In this document: piece by piece, positions 25,441-38,356 of the stretch
Layout: each line of letters starts with the position of its first letter
Position numbering within the stretch: position 1 is the first letter of the stretch
Source: Octopus sinensis
Lineage: Eukaryota
Length of the DNA stretch: 64,000 nucleotides
Direction: 5' to 3'
Assembly: GCF_006345805.1 (NCBI RefSeq)
Contig: NC_043007.1
Location: forward strand, 14,570,001 to 14,634,000
Made by a program: the position numbers and the translations under genes
The notes under the pieces: generated by a model
What the model saw: only the letters and a program-made list of their open reading frames with translations
Databases searched by the model: none
Told to the model about the DNA's origin: nothing

Positions 25441-26518
25441 CCCTTTCGTTACCAAACCGCCCAAAGCCGCCCGAACAAAATTTTGGTTTATGAAACCAAA
25501 CCGCCCAAAGCCGCCCGAATTTACCTATTCATATTTAAATGAGAATATCAGAGCAAATCTCTTCAGTACATTCGTGAAAACTCGTATTATACTTCGTAAA
25601 CAGTTCAACTACAGTTTTGTACAATAATCGAAGTGTAATTTTAATTCTGTGAATTTTGGGAGATTTTTTTCCGAAATTTGTTCCTATTGTGTTTTCAAAA
25701 TTTGTAATTCTGACAAAAAATGGATACGAATATCAAGCAGCGAGTCAGAATTCGAAGGATTTTCTACTGAAGACCTTCATAAATCTAACTCTATGACTGA
25801 AAAAAAAAAGCATGTGGTATTTGATAATGAATCTGATGTTTCATTTTCCGAAAGTGAAAACAGTGAATCTGAGATCTCCGATAGCGATAAAGAAAACGAA
25901 TTGGCACCTGAATGGAGTGAAAATTTAAAAACTGTTTCTTTCGGTGATTTCTCTGAAGAAACTGGAGCAAGCCACAGACTTTCCCAGAAGAGTAAAGCCT
26001 TAGACTATTTCTTTTTACTTTTTCGAATGAGCCTATTTGAAATCATTACAGCGGAGACGAACCGTTACGCTAAACGTAAATAAAGCAAAAGAAATGATAG
26101 TTTGTGGTTTCCCTCAACCTTAAATGAAATTAAGACTATTTTGCCGTAAATATTATTATGGGTATCAGAAAGTTACCCAGAATAACAAATTCTATCGTAA
26201 AATTTTGTTATATACCCAATTGAATATTAGCTAATAACCCATTTTCTATAGCGATGTTTGAACAAAATTTTAATAATTTTATATTTTGTGGAATTTACCT
26301 GTATCTACCTGCAATTAGAGTCACTTTGTAACAAAAATTATAGTATAGAATTGGTTGAGAATATTTCATTAAATTATCTTCCAAAAATCAGATTGATATA
26401 TCGATAAATAAAAAAGTTATAGTTATTTAATGAAACCAGACTAAATTTATGATTACGTTAGAAATTAATTGAAACACATAAGGGGTGTAATTTGGTCAGA
26501 AATATAGTAACGAAAGGG
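25441..26518 (+). mobile_element. Non-autonomous piggyBac element (internal deletion derivative)
   Basis: TTAA TSDs (25437-25440, 26519-26522), 12-bp TIR CCCTTTCGTTAC, acidic N-terminus and ALDYFFLLF...IITAETNRYA, then FAVNIIMGIRKLP; empty TTAA site at 35159-35162. Confidence 0.95.
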
Positions 26519-26623
26519 TTAATACGCAGAAGATGACCATTCAAACTATGAAACTTTTTTTTTTAAATTCAAGCTGAAGGATATATAGGTAATCTTAAAA
26601 AAAGACAAAGTGTATTTATTATA

Positions 26624-27167
26624 GGCGTAGGAGTGGCTGTGTGGTAAGTAGCTTGCTTACCAACCACATGGTTCTAGTTTCAGTTCCACTGCGTGGCACC
26701 TTGGGCAAGTGTCTTCTACTATAGCCTCAGGCCGACCAAAGACTTGTGAGTGGATTTGGTAGAGGGAAACTGAAAGAAGCCCATCGTATTTATGTATATA
26801 TATATATGTTAAACCATGATGATGATGATGTTTGTGTGTCTGTCCCCTAATATCACTTGACAAACGATGCTGGTGTGTTTACGTCCCCAAACTGAAAGAA
26901 GCCTGTCGTATATATGTATATAAATATATGTTAAACCATGATGATGATGATGTGTGTGTGTGTGTGTGTGTGATGTTTGTGTGTCTGTCCCCTAACATCA
27001 TTTGACAACCGATGCTGGTGTGTTTACGTCTCCGTCACTTAGCGGTTTGGCGAAAGAGACTGATAAAATATGTACTAGGCTTACAAAGTCCTGGGGTCGA
27101 TTTGCTCGACCAAAGACAGTGCTCCAGTGCTCCAGCATGGCCTCAGTCAATTGACTGAAACAAGTTT
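26624..27167 (+). mobile_element. SINE family B with internal tandem duplication of about 120 bp
   Basis: TSD AAAGT(G/C)TATTTATT; AAACTGAAAGAAGCC...GTTTACGTC occurs twice. Confidence 0.9.
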
Positions 27168-27344
27168 AAAGTCTATTTATTTAAAATTATATTAATAATA
27201 GGATGGTAATTAATGAAGAGATGACAACGCTTCTTTATTCGATTACCCCCAGCTCATTGGTCAGCAAGGTAAACAGCATGCCTTAATGACCGCTCGAGAG
27301 TAGAGTAATGATGTTAGAGGTGGTGATACAGAGTCATTCATAAA

Positions 27345-27556
27345 GGCGGCGAGCTGGCAGAACCGTTAAGCACGCCGGGCGAAATGCGTAGCCATATTTC
27401 GTCTGCGTTACATTCTGAGTTCAAATTCCGCCGAGGTCAACTTTGCCTTTCATCCTTTCGGGGTCGATAAATTAAGTACCAGTTACACACTGGGGTCGAT
27501 GTAATCGACTTAATCCGTTTGTCCCCTCTATGTTTAGCCCCTCGTGGGTAATAAAG
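27345..27556 (+). mobile_element. SINE family A monomer
   Basis: Match to family A. Confidence 0.9.
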
Positions 27557-27675
27557 AAGCAGATATGGAGTCATGCTTTCACCAACCTCCCAAGGATGGA
27601 AGGCAAAGTAAACCTCAGTTGTATTTGAACTAAGAATGTAAAGCCAGAAGAAATACGGCAAGACATATTTTGTCT

Positions 27676-28060
27676 GCTCGCCTGGCCCCCGTGCCGGTGA
27701 CACGTAAAAGCACCATCCATTCGTGGCCGTTTGCCAGCTCTGCTGGCCCCGTGTCGGTGGCACGTAAAAGCACCATCCGTTCGTGTCTGTTGCCAGCATC
27801 GCCTGGCCCCGTGCCGGTGACACGTAAAAGCACCGTCCGTTCGTGGCCGTTTGCCAGCTCTGTCTGGCACCTGTGCAGGTGGCACGTAAAAAGCACCCAC
27901 TACACTCACGGAGTGGTTGGCGTTAGGAAGGGCATCCAGCCGTAGAAACACTGCCAGATCTGACTGGGCCTGACGAAGCCTTCCAGCTTCACAGACCCCA
28001 GTTGAACCGTCCAACCCATGCTAGCATGGAAAGCGGATGCTAAATGATGATGATGATGAT
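27676..28060 (+). mobile_element. Family D with four tandem modules of about 60 bp, nested in an old minus-strand family A copy
   Basis: Units at about 60-bp period from 27676 to 27899; (GAT)n tail. Confidence 0.9.
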
Positions 28061-28167
28061 TCTAATGATTCTGCCACGTTGCCACCATTGAGGAACTAGA
28101 AATTATGCCATTTCTAAGGTAGAAGGAGAGGTTAGATGGTAAGGCAACTAATGTCACACACTATTAA

Positions 28168-28593
28168 ATCAAAAATCAAAATCAAATTCAATGACTGGCG
28201 TCTGTGCTAGCAGGGTGCAAAGAGCACCAGTGGGATCATTGGAGAGTGGCTAACCGGCTTCCGTTCCAGTGGCACATAAAAGGCACCATTCGAGCGTGAT
28301 CGTTACCAGCATCACCTTATTGGCACTCGAGCCCCATGCTAGTAGGGTGCCAAGAGCACCATCCGAGCGTGATCGTTGCCAGAGCAGCTATCTGACCTCC
28401 ATACCGGTGGCACGTAAAAGCACCCACTACACTCTCAGAGTGGTCGGCGTTAGGAAGGGCATCCAGCGGTAGAAACTCTGCCAGATCAAGATTGAAGCCT
28501 GGTGCAGCCATCTGGTTCGCCAGCCCTCAGTCAAATCATCCAAACCATGCTAGCATGGAAAGCGGACGTTAAACAATGATGATGATGATGATG
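28168..28593 (+). mobile_element. Family D copy
   Basis: TSD ACTATTAA (28160-28167 and 28594-28601); (GAT)n tail. Confidence 0.88.
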
Positions 28594-28656
28594 ACTATTA
28601 AGGCAGTCAAGAATTAGAATAGCTTATAATTCATACATTGCTTGTATTAATTTGAT

Positions 28657-29180
28657 TCATCATCATCATCGGTCAACATCTGTTTTCCAAGCTGGCATGG
28701 GTTGGACGGTTTGACACGGAGCTGGCCAGCTGGGAGCTGTCCCACCTCCAATTGCTTGTTGTCACATGGTTTCTACAGCTGGATGCTCTTCCTAATGCCA
28801 ACCACTTTACAGAGTGTCGGGTGCTTTTAACATGCCACCAGCAGTGGCGTGTGTATATAGCACTGGCATGGGTGCCTCTTGAGTGGCACCGGCACCTGAA
28901 AGGACAAGCTTGTATATGTGGAAGACAGTGATTTTACTTAGCTTGATGCACCTTCTGTATTCAGTGTCCAAAGATCCTTCCTCACCACCTCGTCCCATTT
29001 CTTCCTAGGTCTACCCCTTCCACAGGTACCCTCCACAATTAGAGCTCGGCACTTCTTTATGCTGCCGTCCTCATCCATACACATCACATGACCAAACCAG
29101 CGCAGTCTTCTCTATTGCACAAAACATCTGATGCGTCTTATACCCAGTTTTCCTTAGTTGTGCATACACACTGGCATATC
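28657..29180 (-). mobile_element. RTE LINE 3' end: ORF C-terminus contiguous with a family D-type 3' UTR
   Basis: KLGIRRIRCFVQ*RRLRWFGHVMCMDEDG...VEGTCGRGRPRKKWDEVVRKDL followed by D motifs and a (GAT)n tail. Confidence 0.85.
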
Positions 29181-29245
29181 AGTTCTTCAAAGACATTGAT
29201 TAGTACATAATAAAACAGGGTGCTCCGAAGGTCTCGTTAACCCCT

Positions 29246-29545
29246 TCATCATCATTTAACGTCCATTTTCCGTACTAGCACGGGTTGGATGGTTCGACCG
29301 GGGATCTGGGCAGCTAGGAGGCTGCTCCAGGCTCCAATCTGATCTGGCAGTGTTTCTACAGCTGGATGCCCTTCCTAACGCCAACCACTCCGTGAGTGTA
29401 GTGGGTGCTTTTTACGTGCCAGGGGAGGCTGGCAGTGGCCACGATCGGTTGGTGCTTTTTACGTGCCACCGGCTCAAAAGCCAGTTAAGACGGCGCTGGC
29501 ATCGGCCACATTCGGATGGTGCTTTTTACATGCCACCGGCACAGG
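29246..29545 (-). mobile_element. Family D with three modules
   Basis: Shared D motifs. Confidence 0.85.
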
Positions 29546-30602
29546 TATTGTTTATTATTGTCATTATCATCATTTTTTGTTTTAGTACAACCACCCCTGC
29601 CCTCATGCAATGATTTAGGCCACCATATTGAGTAAGCATCTGATAGGAGCCTACTTCTTTGAGGGCACTGTTAACCAGCAATCTTACTTGGCCATGTTAA
29701 GGGAGTAGTTTGTTAAAACTTCTACATGTAAGTAAAATTATCGCAAACATTTGGAACAAGAGACAAAAAAACACGAATACACTCCGTTGTGATGTCCTGT
29801 AGTTGTTATGTGATATTTTGGTATCTTGCTAACCCTATAAACACAAAATGAGTATATCTAGAAGTTTAGAAAGGAAAGAAAAATATGGTGGTAGTGAGCA
29901 TTTCAAAATTGAGAAAAATATATGTAATAGTCAAATATGTTGAAAGTTCTGTCATCATTTGGTACTTAAAATTGACTTTAATGCTCACAACTCTTCTTAG
30001 CTTTCAAATACATCCCATACAAATAGTGCTAGTGCAGATAAATGAATCTTCATCTATCTACAACACGTCTCACTTCACACTCACATCCCTGAGTGATGCA
30101 GATACTCCAAACACCTGCTGATCCCTTTCTCATTTCCAAACCTAACTTCCACCAAACCAATATCCCCTCTACTCCATAGTTTTAATCCCAATGACTCACC
30201 ACTGGTGAACTGGCAGAATTGTTAGTGCTTAGAACAGAATACCTCGCAGTATTTTTTTTTCTGGTTTTCTGCACTCTATGTTCAAATCCCACCATGGTCA
30301 ACATTGCCCTCCATCCTTTCAGGGTAAAAAAAAAAAAAAATTTTAAGTCAAATGCCAATTCAGGACAGAGGATCAGCGAGATTGTTAGAAAGTCAAGAGG
30401 CTCAAGTTATTTGTCGAGGCTCTTTGTTTCCAAGTTCTTGGGTGGTAAGGCTTAAATCTACCTAAATCTAATACCTGGTTCAATAGCATCAGTTGGTCCT
30501 TGGGTGCCCAAAGCAGAGTTCTTTCTCTTTTGCAAGCATTTGGAGTAGGACCAACTTCACTACAAGTTAGATAACATCTGTCTAACGTGTAAGTGGAAAG
30601 AA

Positions 30603-31003
30603 ACAGGAATGGCTGCATGGTTAAGAGGTTTGATTCCCAGCCATGTGGTCTTGGGTTCAGCTCCACTGTACAGCACCTTGAGTAAGTATTTTCTACTACT
30701 GCCCCTGGCTGACCAAAGACTTGTGAGTGGATTTGGGAGACGAAAACTGGAACAAACTTGTGTGTGTGTGTGCATTCTTGTTTTGATATTACATGATGTA
30801 AATGAGCATTGCTGTCACACAAGCGATGTGTGTTGTTTCCAGTCTTCCATGAAAAAAATGTGCCTGGCTATGGGGAAATTTACCTTGCTTGGTAAGCAGG
30901 TGAGGAGTAGCAGAAATAAGGGCACCTGGCTACAGAAAATCTGCCTCAACAAATTCCGTCTGACCCATGCAAACAATGGAAAAGTGATCATTTAATGATG
31001 ATG
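30603..31003 (+). mobile_element. Old SINE with family B head and D-like (RTE) tail
   Basis: B head and CORE-like motif, then AAGGGCACCTGGCTACAGAAAATC...ACCCATGCAAACAATGGAAAAG and (GAT)n. Confidence 0.7.
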
Positions 31004-31958
31004 AGACTGGTAGTGCACACTGGTCGACCAAAACCTCTTAAAAGCCACCTATAACATTGACAGGTTTAGGGGTCAATAATTAAAAACTCGGGTCTTCTTT
31101 GGAGACACTCCAGAAACAGGCAGGCAAATAAGGTTTCAGATTATACCAGTGGTGGTCACAGGATGTGATAGTAGTCATGGTCTTACCGAACCTGCTACTT
31201 TAAATATTACTTTCTGGCACTGGCACAAAGACACTGATGTACTAAACATTGATGGAACTTAACAACCTGACAATGTCTGACATTGAAGATACTGGTATGC
31301 TTAAATGTTGCAAAGAATTGAATTGGAAGAGAATGCACAGCTTTTGTAGTTTAAATCTCATTAGCCTCTAAATCATGTTTTTCAAACAATAAATGTTAAG
31401 TTACAAAAAGAAAAAAAATTCTAAACAGGAATTGGCACAGTTAGAGTGTTGGATGGTAGAATACTTCACGGTATTTACTGCAGCTCTCTGAGTTCAATTC
31501 CTGAAGTCAGCTATGCTTTTCATCCTTTCAGAGTCAATGAAATAAAAGTACCAAATCAAGACAATGGACTGGCAGAACTGTTACAGGATTGGGAAAGATG
31601 CTTTGATCCTTTGCATTCTGATAGCAACGCCTGCGGTGATACAGGTGCCAGGCTGTACCAGTCCAGGTCAGCAGCTTTTCCACTGAATAAACATTGGCAT
31701 TGTGGAGAGTACAGAGTTGCATATATGGGCAAATTCTAGTCTTCCTCAGAAAAAAATCTGGCCCAAGAGGTCCGCATATACATGCGAAAATGCATGAGCA
31801 GCATTAACCAGTAGGGACCCTACCTGGTGGTAGCAAGTGAGCATCATTTATTACAGCAGCACAAAAACAAGACAGATTTCATGTCAGCAGTGACTACAAG
31901 GTAGGTATTATCACGATTTGTTCACACTGCTATCCAACTTCTAACATTAAATCTACCT

Positions 31959-32189
31959 ATTTCTTTACTACCCACAAGGGGCTAAGCACAGAGAGGACAA
32001 ACAAGGACAGACAAACGGATTAATTCAATTACATCGACCCCAGTGCGTAACTGGTACTTAATTTATCGACCCCAAAAGGATGAAAGGCAAAGTCGACCTC
32101 GGCGGAATTTGAACCCAGAACATAGCGGCAGATGAAATACAGCTACGCATTTTGCCTGGCATGCTAATGTCTCTGCCAGCTCACCGCCT
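31959..32189 (-). mobile_element. SINE family A monomer
   Basis: 17-bp TSD TAACATTAAATCTACCT (31942-31958 and 32190-32206); many CpG to TpG/CpA changes. Confidence 0.92.
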
Positions 32190-33162
32190 TAACATTAAAT
32201 CTACCTTTCACTAATTAGCTGTCATGGACTTTTTTTTCTTTTTCTGAAAAATCCAGTCTCAAAGGTTTACTACTACCATTAACACCATTGTTTTATTGAG
32301 ATGAATGAACATGGATGCATTTCAGTATAAAGTTGTCCTATTTTTTAGTATGCAATGGAAAAGACAGAGATTATAAAAAAAGTAATCTTTAACAGAACTA
32401 AAACTGTATATCAAGATAATACTGGATTGCCTGACAGACAAAATATGACTAATCATTCAGAGTAGGGACAGTCCATTTCAAAAGAAGGTCTTTATCAAGT
32501 TTTTGACATTTGGTTCAGAAAATATTGGATGTGTTTATCCACCTTCTAAGAAGAAAGAATTGGAATCTTCTTCAGAATCGGAAAATTTTTATGGTAAACG
32601 TTTGCTAAAGTATTCTGCAAAGACCAAACCGTTTGCAAATTTGAGCAAGAAAAAAAATGTTGAATTTGGTGGGACTAAAAATGATGCTGGATGAAGTTTA
32701 TATCAGGAATTTTATCACAGTATAACCACCCAGTTTTGTATTTATCAAGAAAGTAAAGTGTTATTGAGGTTTTAACAATAGTATGAACTACAAAACATGC
32801 CTGTCTTTTTCTATCTGGTAGAAAATTTTTGTTTAGATCTGTTGACAGATGCCTTGAATTTATCTTTAACCCATACAAAGAACTTTGATAACTAATGTGT
32901 GAGAATGTTGAGGTGTGCCAAAGATTACAGCATTTGGTTTTTATTTACATATATCAAGAGACACACCACTCCTGATGTTCATGAACTCTCTTAACTATAT
33001 TTTAGGCCACAACCACAGGATACCAGCTGGCATCATACTGATAATTTCATATACTGGATATAAACTGTCAGGTTACATCTTGAAAGAATTACTGTCTGAT
33101 CCAATACTAAGCAAGTTACTCCACATGAGTAGCTCTTACAAGCATGTCTAACGGATTGTTTG

Positions 33163-33436
33163 TTCCTTCTTGAGCCACGCCTGGCTCATAGGGCCGGTTT
33201 CCTTAGCGTATAGGTTCCCCACCTGGACAGGACGCCGGTCCGCTGCAGGTGAGCTGCAAGAGGGAGAGAAAGTTGTGGCGAAAGAGTCAGCAAAAGTTCG
33301 CCATTACCATCTGCCGGAGCCGCGTGGAGCCTAGGTGTTTCGCTCATAAACACACACATCACACGGTCTGAGATTCTAACCCACGATCCCTTGACTGAGA
33401 GTCCGCTGCTCTAACCACTAGGCCATGTGCCTCCAC
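33163..33436 (-). mobile_element. SINE family C
   Basis: Reverse-complement match to the copy at 1522. Confidence 0.88.
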
Positions 33437-33990
33437 GGATTAACTCTGGAAAATGATACTCTTTAACTTATGATCTTACTGGTCTGCCTTAAGTATCCAA
33501 AAGGCAAATAATCCAGTGTTCATGATGTCCATTGTACCATTACTGCTGTACACAATCACCTAAACCTTGAAATATGGTAAATTCCTTTCCAGAATGGCCA
33601 AGTTGTATTCATGTTCCTGATAGAAAAGCTCAACAGCAAAAAGAGAGGCTTTGTATGTAATTTTCACTCGGAATGAGTGTACTAAAAGGTTTTGGGATGA
33701 AGCAATGTCCCCAAATTTCATTCCTTAGAAAACATCCCCATACCAACTACAATTACATGGTACTGCAAAACAAAGGGTTGAAAAAATAGTATTGAAGGCA
33801 ATCTTCACCCAAAGAGGAATATTTGTATCATTTCTGCCCCAACTATAGCTCACTTATCTTTTTCCCGTGCTAATAGGTTATTAGAACTTTCTGCATTTGA
33901 GGGACATTAAATTTGTGCACACATGGCCATGTCCTGTATTATAGAGAGGAGCAGAAATTATATATATGATTTCTGCGCCTCTCTATAATC

Positions 33991-34031
<41 letters not shown>

Positions 34032-34033
<2 letters not shown>

Positions 34034-34237
34034 AAGCACCATCCGAATCGTGGCCAATGCCACGTAAAATGCACCAACTACACTCATGGAGTGGTTGGCG
34101 TTAGGAAGGGCATCCAGCTGTAGAAACATTGCCAGATAAGACTGGAGCCTGGTGCAGCCTTCTGGCTTCCCAGATCCCTGGTCGAACCGTCCAACCCATG
34201 CTAGCATGGAGAACGGACGTTAAACGATGATGATGAT
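34032..34237 (+). mobile_element. Family D fragment
   Basis: Shared D motifs. Confidence 0.85.
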
Positions 34238-34554
34238 ATATATATATATATTCACTCAACACCAGAAATTGTAACCTTTGTCAAACAAGCTATAAACAAC
34301 ACTGCTCCGATTACAAGGATTGTGATTAGAAATTTAGCTCGTGCAAACCAAAATCAACATAGGTGTAACTCATGTACACATGAGCCCAGAGATTTAACTT
34401 CTAGAACCAGATATCAAATCTGTTCTTTAAAAAAAAAAATTTGTTATTTACACACATTCAAAACGAAAGCAAAGGTGATTCCCTTGGTTTGAGAAGTAAC
34501 CCTCTCTTCTCTACTCTGCTGGTAGTGACATAGAACAGCAAGATGAAATCCAAA

Positions 34555-35460
34555 GTGAAAGAGGGTTCTCAAAAGAAATACTCGATCCACCTGCAGTATT
34601 AGCCCCCTCGTGTTTCAAGATGTGACGGAATGGTACTGATGTTTATATAGTGTTGTAGTAGAAATACATAAGTGCTGACTCCTCTTCATACTCCAAGAAT
34701 ATTTCATAATTTCATAGATATATATATGTATGTATATATCGTATGCATACATATCAGAAGGCATGTGACTAGGCAGTCGTCGTGAAGGTAAAAGGACAAT
34801 TTGATACGTCATTTAAAGAGATTTTTGACGTAGACCTGATCCATCAGCGTGTGTGTGTGTGTATGCGTGCGTGCGCGCGTTATTTGTTATATAAAGCAAA
34901 TGTTCCTGGTTGAGCTGTTTATCGTTTTATCTAAAATCCGTGTCTACCTCAATTTACTCATAATAATATCCTCAAAGTTCGAACAAGGCCGAGCCTGGAA
35001 ATAGTGAAATGCTAAAAACAATGAATTGAGTAGGTGTGACTCACAAACGTTTACACTAAACGGTTGGCAGAAGGGGTGGTGGTGGTGGTGGGGGGGGTGT
35101 GAGAAGTCTGAATGAAAAAAAAAAAAGGACAAATAGTCATAGTAAAAAAAATGTCACCTTAATACACAAAAGATGACCATTTCCAAACTAACGAAACATT
35201 TTTTTTTCTTTTTTAAATTTAAGCCAAAGGATATATATATATATATATATAGGTAATCTTAAAAAAAGAATAAAGTGTATTTATTTATTTAAAAATTATA
35301 TTATTAATAATAGGATGGTAATTAATGAAGAGATGACGACGTTTCTTTATTCGATACCCCACCAGTTCATTGGTCTGCAAGGTGTACCAACACAGTACGA
35401 CTTAATGACTGTTCGAGAGTAGAGTATAATGATGATGTTTAGAGGTGGTGATACGGAGTC
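34555..35460 (+). repeat. Local duplication, copy 2 of segment B (uninterrupted, CpG-retaining)
   Basis: Colinear with 24495-27335. Confidence 0.92.
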
Positions 35461-35485
35461 GCTTTACGTAACCAACACGCTCGCG

Positions 35486-35516
<31 letters not shown>

Positions 35517-35745
35517 AGACAGACAGACCAGTAACAAAGATTTCAGGGGAATAATGGATAAACAAGAAACAAACGCAAATGATTTGCTTGCTTATGCCGT
35601 TTTAAAAAGTGGCAGCAATTCCAGTCTTCCTTCCTTCTAGAAGCATCTACATTTCAGAAGACATATTTTGTCAAGGTGATTTCATCATTAAATATTCATT
35701 ATGTATATATACCACAGGAATGAAAAATGCCAGAAAAAAAAATAT

Positions 35746-35797
<52 letters not shown>

Positions 35798-35965
35798 ATG
35801 CATAATTATAATATATTCATAAAACAGGTGTTACTTCCCCTCCCCCATATATTATACTAGAAAGATCGACTATTTTGTGTTTACAAATGTAAGAAAAAGT
35901 AACACAATACACTTTAAAACAAGTTTCAGCTTTTCCCTTCTCATTGCCAACGAAAGTGACTATCT

Positions 35966-36040
<75 letters not shown>

Positions 36041-36587
36041 CCAGCAGCTAAGTGAGTAAGGAGAAAAATATGGGGAAAGTGGTGGATATACTCAAAAATG
36101 GAGATAGTAAGTCAACACAATAGTAAAATAGTCCGACAATCGTCAGCTAAAAGTAGACTTTTTAATTAATTTTTAATTATTAAAAAGAAGACTAAGTGAA
36201 CAAAGAACTCCGCCGAGACTCCATAAGACCATCTACAATGGACCAATGTTTTTTTGGGGGGCTGAATTGAGCAGAAAAACAGCCATCCCAACCAACATCA
36301 TAAACCTGACGAAGTAAATTTTGTAAAGGTAAGTCAGTAGCGAAGAGTACCGCAGTAATGGTAGAGGTCAACACACAGCCCTGACCACACACAGACATAC
36401 ATACATACACGTACATTTGCACGAATAGACACACACACACAGACACACATCAACATGCACATACAACACAGACATCGATATATTTCAGTAATAGAGGGGA
36501 GACATCGTATTATTATATACACAAATCAATTGCACATCGACAACTACAACAACATGAATAAATGTACAGGGCAATGCATACATCAGC

Positions 36588-36620
<33 letters not shown>

Positions 36621-38196
36621 TCTGAAATAAATAGCAGATGAAGCACCATTTCGACCGATTCTAGCCACCATCAACGCAACCCCCCACTCTCAAAAGAGCT
36701 TACCTCTGAGCTTTATGTAACTGTTTATTTTCCACTCTACCCTTCCTTGTACGCGCCCAATCCAGTGGAAAACTTATAGAACAAGCCATCCCTTAACTCA
36801 GACATCTTCGTATATATATAAATATATATAAGATAGTAATTTGTGGTAAATCATTTTACCTTTGCCCATATAATACAGTAAATGAATTGATTGCATCGCA
36901 ATCATTAACATTTATGTATTAACTTTGTTGGGTACTTCACTAGCAGTATATTGGATATATGTTATCCCATGGAGGGTTGCATTTACAACCCCTATCTCAA
37001 TTTGTAACTATATAAATATATGTATATATATATATATATATATAAAGAATGGGTAGGATTAAATTTAGACAAGAATACTGTCCAACAAATCCTAAGGTAA
37101 TGTCTAATCAAAGGGGTTGATGAAGGTAACTGGAATCACACACAACAGTTGTATCTGAGAGATTCCACAACAAATAGTAAAGACAGTTTATAGTTAGACT
37201 TTTACTACACACCACAGTGAATGAGTGAGTGAGTGTATAGGCTCTGGGAGTATTTTGATATTCTTGGAAAGCAGGCCTGTTTGGGTAAACATGTTTTAAA
37301 TATAAACTAAACGGCATTGAGCTGACTGTCTTTCATCACAGTTGGAATAGTATTATTATTATTATTGATGTGTCTGACAAAAGTGAGGCGTTATGGACTG
37401 GGAAACTTAATTCTTGAAATTACACCTACCAGACAAATTACCATTATGTTTGCTAGTAGTATAATAATAACACCGATCAATGTATGGTTACGTTGATATA
37501 TATATATATATGGAGTAAGGTAGGGAAGCAAACGAAAAGCTTTTTTTTTTGTCTTCTTTTTCTTCATATAGTAATAATGACAAGCAGGAGAAATAATAAG
37601 ATCCATATGCTAGGCGACATTTTCCTAAGCAAAAAAAAAAACACATCGAGCCTGACGATGTATTTTCCAATATTTCTTTCGTTTTTTTCGTAAGCGAATC
37701 TTTTTTTGTCAAATGCCGATGTTATTATAAAGGAAATGATGTCAGGGATTTTCAGCTTATGAGAAAAATTACACCTCTCTGTGCTGTAGCGATATAAGGA
37801 TAAAGGGACGAGACGGGTTTCAAAACATCTGGACCACTCTTCTTCACAGATACTTAATTACAACACACACACACGAGACACACATATTTCTAAGCTAGCT
37901 AGCAAGCTGGCTGTCTTATCTAATCACTCAGTCAATAGTTTTCTGTCTGCTCCGTTTCAAATAATCACTCGCTCAATAAATATCAGTCTGTCTGACTCCA
38001 AAAAACACTAACACTAAACACTAACACCACCATTTTTATCAAACTCACACAAGTGAGACTCCTCTGCACATTTTTCTTTGTATATAAATATTCGTATCAA
38101 AGACGGGCTTTGTCGGTAATGAAATATACAGGAGTGTAAAATAGAGAAGAGAGAGAAACGGACAGTGGGGAAAAAAAAAGGTGTTCCTTGACTCAC

Positions 38197-38259
38197 TTGT
38201 ACTACAGCTTTGTGTTCGAATTCATGAGCTATAAGCAGACAGGAGGGCAGTTGCGCCAT
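38197..38259 (-). CDS. Candidate first coding exon of an unidentified gene (MAQLPSCLLIAHEFEHKAVVQ, phase 0)
   Basis: ATG in CTCATGG context, 21 open codons, strong donor CAA/GTGAGT, unique CpG-containing neighbourhood with promoter-like motifs about 80 bp upstream. No downstream exon identified with confidence. Confidence 0.5.
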
Positions 38260-38337
38260 GAGGAGTAGAGAGTGTCTGATGGAGGAGGAGAGTAACACTT
38301 GACCTCATCCAAACCTCGTTTTCGCTCCAGCAGGAAA

Positions 38338-38356
38338 CCACGTCACATATATAAGT
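38338..38356 (-). promoter_or_regulatory. TATA-like TTATATAT directly followed by TGACGTGG (UPRE/CRE-like bZIP site)
   Basis: Minus strand reads ACTTATATATGTGACGTGGTTTCC, about 80-95 bp upstream of the candidate ATG. Confidence 0.35.

Larger units (their letters stand above)
24495..27335 (+). repeat. Local duplication, copy 1 of segment B (paralog of 34555-35460) carrying three later insertions
   Basis: Colinear similarity over about 0.9 kb once the SINEs at 24648 and 26624 and the piggyBac at 25441 are removed. Confidence 0.92.

Noticed and set aside
36192-36305. Second exon VYDVGWDGCF... in frame with exon 1
   Set aside because: Runs into a stop after 37 codons with no donor; the product is unrecognisable.
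36704-36790. Alternative first exon MACSISFPLDWARTRKG... with AG/GTAAGC donor
   Set aside because: Motif-level evidence only and a different phase from the 38197 exon; cannot be supported without transcripts.
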